Part shown: in pieces, positions 10,089-18,119 of the stretch
How positions within the stretch are numbered: position 1 is the first letter of the stretch
Layout: each line of letters starts with the position of its first letter
Source: a virus
Length of the DNA stretch: 64,000 nt
Virus record (IMG/VR): IMGVR_UViG_3300021171_000007
Coordinates: 15,612 to 79,611 of that record
Reading direction: 5' to 3' (one strand)
Translations under genes and position numbers: made by a program
Notes under the pieces: model-generated
What the model saw: the letters and a program-made list of their open reading frames with translations, nothing else
What the model was told of the DNA's origin: nothing
Database searches by the model: none

Positions 10089-10283
10089 ATGCCAAGAGAG
10101 GACATTGCTCATCACTTTGTTGGACAAAAAGTCCAGAAACTAGATGGATATAAATACCCAGGTATCATTGTCTCTGTATTCAAAACTACGGAAGGAAAAG
10201 TCAGATATGTCGTTGAAGCTGATCATACTGATTTTCGTGGTATGCTTCATATTTTCTCTGATGCGCAGCTTGAGGAACGGTGA
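10089..10283 (+). CDS. DfrB (R67 DHFR)-like SH3-fold protein
   Basis: GQKVQKLDGYKYPGIIVSVF...YVVEADH...GMLHIFSDAQLE aligns by eye with the R67 core; AGGAGG SD before ATG 10089. Confidence 0.55.
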   Translation: MPREDIAHHFVGQKVQKLDGYKYPGIIVSVFKTTEGKVRYVVEADHTDFRGMLHIFSDAQLEER

Positions 10284-10691
10284 ATGAGGTGCCAAAACTG
10301 CCACGGTAACGGACACGCTTGGAATATGTTAACCCAAGAATATCTCCTTTGTATGGAATGTCATGGCAGCGGCATAACATCATGTTGCGAAGGGAACCCA
10401 AATATGACTGAAGATAAAAATCATCCATTCGTATCAACACCAAATAATGGACCATGCTCCAGCTGCGGAAAATTACGTAGTGATTCAATTCATCGTAGAA
10501 TGTTTGAATGTGATGCAGAAGTTTATACGTGCCCATATTGTATGAAAGCTGTTGTGGTATATGTAGAATTAGATGGTAGTGGAGTCATTTCACACGAGAG
10601 CTATGATTTAATTGCTAATTGGGTATATCATTCCAAATGCTGGGATGAACAAATGCGTAAATTTCCGCCAGGAGAGCCAAATGCAAAATGA
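10284..10691 (+). CDS. Multi-Zn-finger protein
   Basis: CQNCHGNG, CMECHGSG, CSSC and CPYC motifs. Confidence 0.65.
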   Translation: MRCQNCHGNGHAWNMLTQEYLLCMECHGSGITSCCEGNPNMTEDKNHPFVSTPNNGPCSSCGKLRSDSIHRRMFECDAEVYTCPYCMKAVVVYVELDGSGVISHESYDLIANWVYHSKCWDEQMRKFPPGEPNAK

Positions 10692-11004
10692 TCCACTTAA
10701 AGAAATCCAAGAGTTCAATAGAAAGCGTAATGAGCTATTTCGCAACCCAACATTGGAGGCGGCAACTGCACACCTAAAAGAAATGGGTATTACTGGATTT
10801 GAAAGAGAAGATGTGCCATTAGCAACAGTTCATAAAGCACGCCTACAATGGCTAGAAGCTACAAATCAAATGATTACAGAGTCCATCGCATGGCTAAAAG
10901 AACATGGCTACGAGACAACTTTTAAAGGAGCGCCACCACTCACGCCAGAGCAACGTGACTCAGACCGTATTGAGATCGGAAAGAAACCATTAGGAGAAGA
11001 ATGA
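10681..11004 (+). CDS. Hypothetical protein
   Basis: ATG 10681 after AGGAG. Confidence 0.65.
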   Translation: MQNDPLKEIQEFNRKRNELFRNPTLEAATAHLKEMGITGFEREDVPLATVHKARLQWLEATNQMITESIAWLKEHGYETTFKGAPPLTPEQRDSDRIEIGKKPLGEE

Positions 11005-11237
11005 TGTTGGAAAAAGAATTAAAAGAGTCAGATGAAGTGCTCTTCAAAATTGTAGCTGATAATCTCGAAGCTTCCATAGAAAATGAATATAATATGGATA
11101 GCTACACAGATGAAGAACTTGCTGGCGATCTATTGGCATATGCAGAAGATTGCTCAGAATATAGTATTGAATATCTAACAGCAGCAGTTCACAAATGGAG
11201 AAAGAAAAATGGGCGAAGCCAAAATAAAACGCCTTAA
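11001..11237 (+). CDS. Small acidic protein
   Basis: Coupled ORF, D/E-rich. Confidence 0.6.
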   Translation: MMLEKELKESDEVLFKIVADNLEASIENEYNMDSYTDEELAGDLLAYAEDCSEYSIEYLTAAVHKWRKKNGRSQNKTP

Positions 11238-11622
11238 AATAAAGGCCAGAAATATTCTAAATACGGAGTTCCAGACTACTAGACTCAGTAGTGGCTGTGA
11301 CTGCTTAAACTGCGGCATAGAAATTGATGCTGCTACCAGTGTTGGCCACAAAAACCTGCCACAAGAAGGTGCTATTGCCATCTGCATGATATGCTCTCAT
11401 ATTATGGCATACGACGAGAAAATTCATCTGCGAGAGATGACAGACGAAGAATGTCTGACAATTGCTGGTGATCCAGAAATTCTCTTTCTTATCAACGGCC
11501 TAGGCAGCGCCAAGAAACACTGGGAAGAAATACATGGTAAAGACACGTGGGGCGCCAAAGCGCGGGAAAGGCTCGCTAGGCTCAAAGCTCAACAAAACGA
11601 AGAGAAAGCTAAGGAAGAATGA
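11209..11622 (+). CDS. Zn-ribbon protein
   Basis: CLNC...CMIC. Confidence 0.6.
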   Translation: MGEAKIKRLKIKARNILNTEFQTTRLSSGCDCLNCGIEIDAATSVGHKNLPQEGAIAICMICSHIMAYDEKIHLREMTDEECLTIAGDPEILFLINGLGSAKKHWEEIHGKDTWGAKARERLARLKAQQNEEKAKEE

Positions 11623-11810
11623 ATATGAGTGCGCTGCCTGTCATGAGGTCTATGCCAAAGGAGTGTCTGATGAAGAGGCTTTGGCGGAAGCTGCGACGCT
11701 TTTTCCTACTGTTCCAATTGAGGATACTTCAATAGTCTGCGATGACTGCTTTCAGAAAATGATGGCAGACGTCAAAGCCCGCCCATGGGCATACCCACCC
11801 CTACCAGGAG

Positions 11811-12413
11811 ATGATGATGGTAAGTGATTTGTTTGACGAACACGGAAAACGAAAGATGCGCCCAGGTAGTGGAGTGATACCGAAGCCATTTGACAAAGTA
11901 GAACTTGAAATTGTGCGTGCTGATATGGCTGAATTAATAGCCAGAGAAAAAGAAAATGGCGATTGGGAAAAATGGCTTGAATCGCAGCGCCCAATTTCGC
12001 AACTGCGGTCGCTTGACCGCGATTTACTTACAATCTCAGTTACACTGACAGTTGATGGCCACGTCATTCCTACGCCTGTTGGTCTTCCAGACGCAATCAT
12101 GGAAGAGATAAATGACAGATACCGCAACCGTTCAACGCACCGTCTGGAGCGCCAAGAAATGCCCAGCCGCATCGTAGCAATGGAAGCTGATCGAGAAAGA
12201 TTGGAGAGAATTCGATTTTACACAGGTCAAATTACTGCTGAGATCTTCGCTCATTATGTAGGCCGCCCACCACAGAATGATGATCTTATGCGCGCCAATT
12301 GTAATCTAGCCGGCCAATTAGGACATTCCGCCTGCGGTTGGTGCGGAAGCTGCCAACGGCCCCGATTCATATGCAACCACCACGTGATATCACCCAATGG
12401 ACCAATGAGATGA
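11811..12413 (+). CDS. Hypothetical protein with C-terminal Cys/His cluster
   Basis: ANC...GHSACGWCGSCQRPRFIC. Confidence 0.65.
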   Translation: MMMVSDLFDEHGKRKMRPGSGVIPKPFDKVELEIVRADMAELIAREKENGDWEKWLESQRPISQLRSLDRDLLTISVTLTVDGHVIPTPVGLPDAIMEEINDRYRNRSTHRLERQEMPSRIVAMEADRERLERIRFYTGQITAEIFAHYVGRPPQNDDLMRANCNLAGQLGHSACGWCGSCQRPRFICNHHVISPNGPMR

Positions 12414-12730
12414 AAACCAAAAAATGGAAGAAGCATATGCTTCAACTCATGAGGATCGCCCTGATTCCAGGTCCACCAGGCCCTAGAGGCGCCACTGGGC
12501 CCCAAGGTCCACAAGGTGTTCCAGGTCAGCAAGGCCCCATCGATTCATCAAACTATGACCTTGCTGAGCAGATCGCTTGGTTGAAGAATGAACTAGCACA
12601 GTTGAAAATTGAAATTGACAGCTCAAGGAGGATTAGTGATGAAAATCAAAAACTATCAACCTCAAAACGAGGAAGAAGCCGTAGGATGGTTGATGGAAGA
12701 GTGCTGCGAGGTGGTAATATCAATCGGTAG
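12410..12730 (+). CDS. Short collagen-repeat/coiled-coil protein
   Basis: GPPGPRGATGPQGPQGVPGQQGP followed by heptads; ATGA overlap at 12410. Confidence 0.55.
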   Translation: MKTKKWKKHMLQLMRIALIPGPPGPRGATGPQGPQGVPGQQGPIDSSNYDLAEQIAWLKNELAQLKIEIDSSRRISDENQKLSTSKRGRSRRMVDGRVLRGGNINR

Positions 12731-12857
12731 GTGCATGAGGTTTGGAATTGAAACTGTCCACGAGGGCCGTACTAATCGCCAGATCCTACTCGATGAGCTT
12801 GATGATTTATCTAAAGCCTGGGCTGAATCACAACTATGGCTAAGGAAAGTCAAATGA
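12639..12857 (+). CDS. MazG-like all-alpha NTP pyrophosphatase
   Basis: LMEECCEV...RFG...LLDELDDL pattern; AGGAGG SD. Confidence 0.55.
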   Translation: MKIKNYQPQNEEEAVGWLMEECCEVVISIGRCMRFGIETVHEGRTNRQILLDELDDLSKAWAESQLWLRKVK

Positions 12858-13024
12858 TTAGATGCGCCCAGTGCAAGAAAGAGTTTGCTCCAAAATTTCC
12901 ACAACATAGATTTTGTTCAAAAGACTGTGGCACAAGATTCCATAGATACGCACGAATGATGAAACGCGATCGTAAATGGATTTTGATTAATGGGCCTAGA
13001 TCTGTTCAATCTGATTCTACGTGA
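12854..13024 (+). CDS. Small treble-clef Zn-finger protein
   Basis: CAQC...FCSKDC. Confidence 0.6.
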   Translation: MIRCAQCKKEFAPKFPQHRFCSKDCGTRFHRYARMMKRDRKWILINGPRSVQSDST

Positions 13025-13474
13025 ACGGATTGTAACTCATTATGATTCCACAGTGGGGGGTTGTAGAAATCAAGATGAGTGAAAATTTGATGCTAGTCCG
13101 GTGACGGTCACCACCAGTGGGTCGCGTGAAACAGGTAAAACAGAAGATCGACCCCGACCTTCGGCTGGCCAGAAAATCGACAGAGAAGGGCAAGAGATAG
13201 GGATAGGGTCTAGCGTTTTAGGCTATGTGCATAGCGGACGCATGTCCGAGGCCGCCTGTCAGCCTCCTAATGCGATTTAAACGCATATCGCGGACTAGGG
13301 CATAACGGACGCGAGAAACGAAACATTCGCGAACATTACAAAATGTTAATGTGTTCGCAATGTTTTGTAATGTTGCAAACGTCGTTTACGTGTATTGTTC
13401 CCTTTGCACCGCGCTTTTGCGGTGCGGGCGGACGCTACGTGCGCCGCTCTTGTCTAGCAAAAAGGACTAAACAA

Positions 13475-13972
13475 ATGTCGAACGAAAAGCCCGCAAAGGT
13501 TGCGGACGTTCTCGCGCAAGTTAGCGCGGATAATGCGGAAGTGCGCGCTAGCGTGCTTGCGCTAGTGCAGGCTATGCCGCAAGCGATTGCGGACGCGGTT
13601 AAGCAGGCGTTGCCTGTCCCGACCGTGCGCGCGCCGCGAACCGCTCGCGTTGCGGTGCAGATGTCTCCTGCGGACGCGGACGCCGCAATGTGCGGTTTTA
13701 ACAAGAAAGGTCCGCGCCGCGATTTCTTTCTTGCTGTGCGCGAATTGCCGAGCGGCACATATTCGCTTGCGGAAACGTTTCCGGGCGTTTCGCTTGCGGA
13801 GGCGGGCGTTGTTTATCGTCGCCTTAGCGGACAACGCACGGGCGGACGCGTTACGGAAAGCTTTTTCGAGCGGTTAGGCTTCGAAATCGCAATCGTTAAC
13901 GAAGTGCGCGGGAAGGCCGAAATCGGCATTACGCGTTACACGGACGCGAACAAGACGGGCGAAACCGCCTAA
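13475..13972 (+). CDS. Orphan protein in a GC-rich, YCA/TGR-free island (candidate immediate-early gene)
   Basis: AAGGA SD, ATG 13475, own terminator; no TCA, CCA, TGA or TGG anywhere in the gene. Confidence 0.8.
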   Translation: MSNEKPAKVADVLAQVSADNAEVRASVLALVQAMPQAIADAVKQALPVPTVRAPRTARVAVQMSPADADAAMCGFNKKGPRRDFFLAVRELPSGTYSLAETFPGVSLAEAGVVYRRLSGQRTGGRVTESFFERLGFEIAIVNEVRGKAEIGITRYTDANKTGETA

Positions 13973-13981
13973 CGCGCAATC

Positions 13982-14010
13982 GAGCGGACGCGACAAGCGT
14001 CCGCTCTTTT
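13982..14010 (+). terminator. Intrinsic terminator
   Basis: GAGCGGACGC-gacaa-GCGTCCGCTC-TTTT. Confidence 0.8.
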
Positions 14011-14135
14011 CTTGCCCTCTAACTTCAGGACCAACAAAACCATGTTTATCATCATCGCACATCGTGGCCTCAACTGGCGCTGCTTCCGTGGCCCCAAGCG
14101 GACGTACTTCCTCTGGATCCACGAAGGAAATTGAA

Positions 14136-14267
14136 ATGGCCAAGATCATTCCCGTCATTGGGCTGCTGATTGCCCTCGCGTTTGGCCTCATAGCTGTCGG
14201 CCACCACAACTACGTCACCCAGGTCAACGACTATCTGGACCATGGCACTCCTGCCACAAAACCATAA
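14136..14267 (+). CDS. Small membrane protein
   Basis: AAGGA SD; MAKIIPVIGLLIALAFGLIAVG hydrophobic segment. Confidence 0.6.
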   Translation: MAKIIPVIGLLIALAFGLIAVGHHNYVTQVNDYLDHGTPATKP

Positions 14268-14269
14268 TC

Positions 14270-14293
14270 AATGGGGCGCAAGCCCCATTTTTT
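14270..14293 (+). terminator. Intrinsic terminator
   Basis: AATGGGGC-gcaa-GCCCCATT-TTTT. Confidence 0.85.
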
Positions 14294-14612
14294 CATGTCC
14301 AGTTCGTTCATCCCATGAATTGAATCAATCTCATGAATTGAGTTTGGTGATGATGATATCATGACATTCATCCCATGAATTGAATATAGATCATAATTCA
14401 TTCATCATGGTCATTTTCATTCATTGGCTGGTAACTTCATGAGTGCCATTGGCTGATGGATGCGCACCAACGTGGATTGATGATGGTGACTTCATAGCAA
14501 TCATTGATTGATGGTTGCGCCCAGATCATGGGATGATACCAATCAACTACCATTACCACTCACCATTGACTGAATCATTACTGATGACTTACCATTGATT
14601 CATGGAGCGCCC
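14293..14612. repeat. Non-coding patch saturated with TCA/CCA/TGA/TGG
   Basis: 12 and 14 such triplets in the two 60-nt lines counted; 19-nt direct repeat at 14307-25 and 14367-85. Confidence 0.75.
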
Positions 14613-14614
14613 AG

Positions 14615-14870
14615 GGACTGTTACCAGTCCTGTTAGTCCTGTTATTTTTCATATAAAATAGGACAAAGAAAGTGCAACGATTACAAGGACTTACGGCGAC
14701 CAGTCCTGTTAGTCCTGTTTGTCCTATTGGTATTTCCATATGCGAGGCGTCGTTTTGCTACCTCTTCCCGACCACTGACCGGACAGCCTCCATGGCCGGC
14801 CTAACCCCTTGTAATCGTTAAGGAATTTCTGTCCTCCTTGTGGTTTTCAGAAAACAGGACAGGACAGAAC
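14615..14870. repeat. Iteron-like repeats, candidate replication origin
   Basis: Tandem GTCCTGTT at 14627-43 and 14703-19, inverted AACAGGACAGGAC at 14853-65, and a 13-bp inverted repeat AACGATTACAAGG/CCTTGTAATCGTT; lies just downstream of the helicase. Confidence 0.6.
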
Positions 14871-14903
14871 CACAGATCATTAATGTAGATTGTTACCATT
14901 GAC

Positions 14904-16388
14904 TCAAGCATCTGGCTTATACAAACTGAAATCAAAATCAGTATTGCCGCGTAAAACTGACCATTGACCATCTTCTGTTGACCATTGAACCTTACCACCC
15001 AACTTACTTTCCAATGATCTTCTGACATCGGGACATAATGGAACTTCATATCCATTGCGTCTATTATCACGACTGTCTCTAATCTTGATATTCTCAACTA
15101 CCATATCAGGTATCAAATCTGCTAATTGGCGACCAAATTTTCTTTCTGATAACTGGTGGCGCTTCCCAGCTGGAGAATGATTATAGTCATTCAATAGCAG
15201 AGCTTTGATTACTTGCACTTTGCCATCCATCAATTCACCATAAGGCATTTCTTTGGAGTCTACAATACTATATAGCCATTCTTGGACTCCATTCATACTC
15301 TGTTGTTTCTGGAATATTAATTCTTCAGTAACAGGAGCTATTCTGAGATCAATATCATATTTATGATTGAGGAAATAATGCATGAGCGCGGCATTGCCGC
15401 CATTTTTAAACCAATTGTCAAGTTGGGCAAAGTATTTAGTATCACGTCTCTTATCTTCTGATGCATGAAGTGCGAATATGCGCCTAGCTTTGAATCCAGC
15501 GCTGACTAGCCATTCTGGATTACCAGTTATAAATAAATGAAGATGATTTGGAACTTCGTAAACTGGCACATATTTATCATTAATAGGTAATGTGGGACCA
15601 GATATGATATCTTTTAATAATGATTCATCTTTCTTACTACCAGCCCAAACTGCCTCTTCCAAATGGAGTAATATACAGTTCTTCAATTGCCCGTTATGAT
15701 CGCCAAATATGTATGCTGGATTTGATGTTTTAAATGTATATGGGCGCATCAATTCAGATAATTTCTCCACAAAGAATGATTTGCCTACACCCTCATCTCC
15801 ACGTATTACTACGGCTATGGCTGGTTTCAAATGAGGCTCTTGGAACATTTGGGAAATGAGTGCAATTAGATAATTGAAATTGTCTACATTTCCACAACAA
15901 ATGATATTATTCATTAAATCTAAGAATGGTATGACATCGCCCTCTTTTGATTCAATTCTATATCCTTTCCATAAATTATATTTATCATTTCTATTACCTA
16001 AATATGATGGATCGAAATCAAATCCGTATTTATAATGGCGACGTTCTGAACTGGCGAACCATACATCCGTAATTGGCACATATTTTGGATCACCACCTTC
16101 GGTTGGCATTATCATAATACGTCTATCTGAATAACCAGCAACCAAATCTTTCTTATCCATTATTTCTAATGTGCCATCTGGATTCTCTCTGACTACTTTG
16201 AATCGCCCATTTAAATATATTGTAAAATGATCTTCATTTAATTCTAATATGGCATCTTTCTTTGGATCGCCAGTTCTGGTATATTCTCGTCTGGGCGCAC
16301 CATGTTGATTTTGTTGATATCTTGGATCCTCAGTAAGTTTCTTAATACGTTCCAAATCTGGATATAGGTCGTCATCATCGTCAGCCAT
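14904..16388 (-). CDS. SF3 (D5/NrS-1-type, DUF5906-like) helicase without a primase domain
   Basis: GDEGVGKS Walker A, LHLEEA Walker B, FITGN motif C, ARRIF arginine finger. Confidence 0.85.
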   Translation of the reverse strand: MADDDDDLYPDLERIKKLTEDPRYQQNQHGAPRREYTRTGDPKKDAILELNEDHFTIYLNGRFKVVRENPDGTLEIMDKKDLVAGYSDRRIMIMPTEGGDPKYVPITDVWFASSERRHYKYGFDFDPSYLGNRNDKYNLWKGYRIESKEGDVIPFLDLMNNIICCGNVDNFNYLIALISQMFQEPHLKPAIAVVIRGDEGVGKSFFVEKLSELMRPYTFKTSNPAYIFGDHNGQLKNCILLHLEEAVWAGSKKDESLLKDIISGPTLPINDKYVPVYEVPNHLHLFITGNPEWLVSAGFKARRIFALHASEDKRRDTKYFAQLDNWFKNGGNAALMHYFLNHKYDIDLRIAPVTEELIFQKQQSMNGVQEWLYSIVDSKEMPYGELMDGKVQVIKALLLNDYNHSPAGKRHQLSERKFGRQLADLIPDMVVENIKIRDSRDNRRNGYEVPLCPDVRRSLESKLGGKVQWSTEDGQWSVLRGNTDFDFSLYKPDA

Positions 16389-16412
16389 AGTGCGCCCGTC
16401 CCAAATGTTATA

Positions 16413-16607
16413 TTATGGAAGTAACGATTTGAATTCTACTTCAAAATCCTCCTGTGATATTTTACTGTTAGTTCTATGTATGAAATATTCATACATAACA
16501 TCCTTATCTATGACAATACTTCCGTCATCATTTTTCTTTTGAAATGGTAATTCACCTTCATTTAGGACATCGAACCAAAACTGTTCTACTTCTGATAAAT
16601 GACGCAT
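16413..16607 (-). CDS. Stand-alone paralogue of the helicase C-terminal domain
   Basis: VEQFWFDVLNEGELPF...ISQEDFEVEFKSLLP versus VQEWLYSIVDSKEMPY...LSERKFGRQLADLIP. Confidence 0.55.
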   Translation of the reverse strand: MRHLSEVEQFWFDVLNEGELPFQKKNDDGSIVIDKDVMYEYFIHRTNSKISQEDFEVEFKSLLP

Positions 16608-16622
16608 TGCTACCTCCCATTA

Positions 16623-16811
16623 TCATGCCGCGAATAGATCACGCTTTTTGGGCTTCTCAGCCTCTATTTTGGCTTTCTTATTCTTCCAATAGTGGCGCCC
16701 ACGACACAGATCTGAGCAGAACTTCTGCATGGGTTGAACTTTAGCGAATTCTTTTTCGCACTCAACGCATTTAACGATGAGTTTACTTAGGTCGATTTCT
16801 GGCATCATCAT
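16623..16811 (-). CDS. Treble-clef Zn-finger protein ending RDLFAA
   Basis: CVEC...FCSDLC; AGGAG SD. Confidence 0.7.
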   Translation of the reverse strand: MMMPEIDLSKLIVKCVECEKEFAKVQPMQKFCSDLCRGRHYWKNKKAKIEAEKPKKRDLFAA

Positions 16812-16834
16812 CTCCTGCTACCGAACGAACGATA

Positions 16835-16863
16835 AGAATAGCACGCAAACGCGCGTTTGTAAA
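16835..16863 (-). promoter_or_regulatory. Sigma70-type promoter for helicase operon
   Basis: TTTACA-17 nt (ending TGC)-TATTCT on the minus strand. Confidence 0.65.
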
Positions 16864-16893
16864 GCAAAATCATTCTACTGATCAATTTTGTAC

Positions 16894-16922
16894 TTTACAC
16901 GGCGCTCGATTTGTGCTACACT
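16894..16922 (+). promoter_or_regulatory. Sigma70-type promoter for terS operon
   Basis: TTTACA-17 nt (ending TGTGC)-TACACT; ATG at 16928 suggests a leaderless mRNA. Confidence 0.65.
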
Positions 16923-16927
16923 TGATC

Positions 16928-17221
16928 ATGCCTGAAGATTCACCTGAAACTGCCAGACAGCGCGCCACAAGGATCTGGCGGAATGCTTGGATTCAAGGAC
17001 AATCAGAACTTCAAAATCAGGAACAACCTATAGCCACAATCCAAGAACAGGAACGCTTACTCAATCAGGAACGGACTAAATTGATAGCTGCTGTTAATAA
17101 AATATTTGAAGAACAAAAGCATACATTCAATTTGGCATATTATAAGTTGGTAATCAGTAGACGGAGACGTAGGTTACTGGAAGAAAAACTGAGGCGGTTG
17201 GAGTCACAGCAACATGACTGA
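16928..17221 (+). CDS. Coiled-coil protein
   Basis: Q/E/R-rich ORF overlapping the terS start. Confidence 0.6.
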   Translation: MPEDSPETARQRATRIWRNAWIQGQSELQNQEQPIATIQEQERLLNQERTKLIAAVNKIFEEQKHTFNLAYYKLVISRRRRRLLEEKLRRLESQQHD

Positions 17222-17858
17222 TCCAGTACACAATATCGACCCTGGCCCCACTGTTATGTGGGAAGAGGATTATGAGCGCCTCAAAAAGCAACAGCGATTG
17301 GATGCTGAGATTGAGCGCGTCAGGAAGGCCAAGGAAGATGAGATCAATCGTGAGCGCTTCAAAGAGAATCAAAAGATCAAAGATAAAATTGAATACACAG
17401 AAGAATTGGCAACAGAGATTTGTGAGAGGATCAGTGCTGGTGAGCTATTGATCAACGTGTGCAAAGATAGTCATATGCCAACTGTGCGCCGCTGTTCAGC
17501 ATGGCTGAAGTCAGAAGCTGACTTCCAAGCACTGTATAATATGGCCATTGCAGACCGATTGACTATATTTGAGGAAGAAGTGATCTCAATTGCTGATGAT
17601 GCAACAAGAGATATGAGGGAAATTATTAAGAGTGGTAAAACCATTAAAGTCCAAGATGCTGAAGTCATTGCGCGAGCCAAACTCAGAGTTGAGGTGCGCT
17701 TCAGGCATTTGAAGGCTGGACGTCCTGGTAAATGGGGTGACAGCACTACTCTCATCACTAAATCAGAAGATGAAAATATTGCTGAGATGCCATTGTCTGA
17801 GCTGGAAAAGAAGATCGCTGAGTTGGAACATAAAGATCGGGTGGTGAAAGCAGTTTGA
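17214..17858 (+). CDS. terS: Terminase small subunit (Sf6 gp1-like) with N-terminal extension
   Basis: YTEELATEICERISAGE...MPT...WL...IADD...ARAKLRVEVR...PGKWGD. Confidence 0.8.
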   Translation: MTDPVHNIDPGPTVMWEEDYERLKKQQRLDAEIERVRKAKEDEINRERFKENQKIKDKIEYTEELATEICERISAGELLINVCKDSHMPTVRRCSAWLKSEADFQALYNMAIADRLTIFEEEVISIADDATRDMREIIKSGKTIKVQDAEVIARAKLRVEVRFRHLKAGRPGKWGDSTTLITKSEDENIAEMPLSELEKKIAELEHKDRVVKAV

Positions 17859-17867
17859 TTCATCATT

Positions 17868-17893
17868 CGTTACGCAGTTACGCAGTTACGTAG
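17868..17893. repeat. Tandem GTTACG(C/T)A x3
   Basis: 8-nt period; AGTTACGTAG is the exact inverse of 19154-19163. Confidence 0.7.
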
Positions 17894-17976
17894 CCTATCC
17901 CGCTCGTTTATTTCTGACACAATAGGATCAATCATTGGCTGATTGATCCATGTCATAGTCATCATTATTATGTGAC

Positions 17977-18005
17977 TTGCATCATCAATAGAACTGTGCT
18001 ATAAT
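17977..18005 (+). promoter_or_regulatory. Sigma70-type promoter
   Basis: TTGCAT-17 nt (ending TGTGC)-TATAAT. Confidence 0.7.
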
Positions 18006-18119
18006 AGGCTCTAGGCGGTTAGATCCACTGCCTAGGGCTATTTGACATTGTGAATACTGGACACTGTGACATGTAACTCTGTTCCGTGTAGATTAGCCAT
18101 CTCACAGAGGAGAATAATC

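Noticed and set aside
13365-13398. Specific sigma70 promoter call for the island gene
   Set aside because: TTGCAA and TATTGT are only 14 nt apart; a promoter is likely nearby but cannot be placed.
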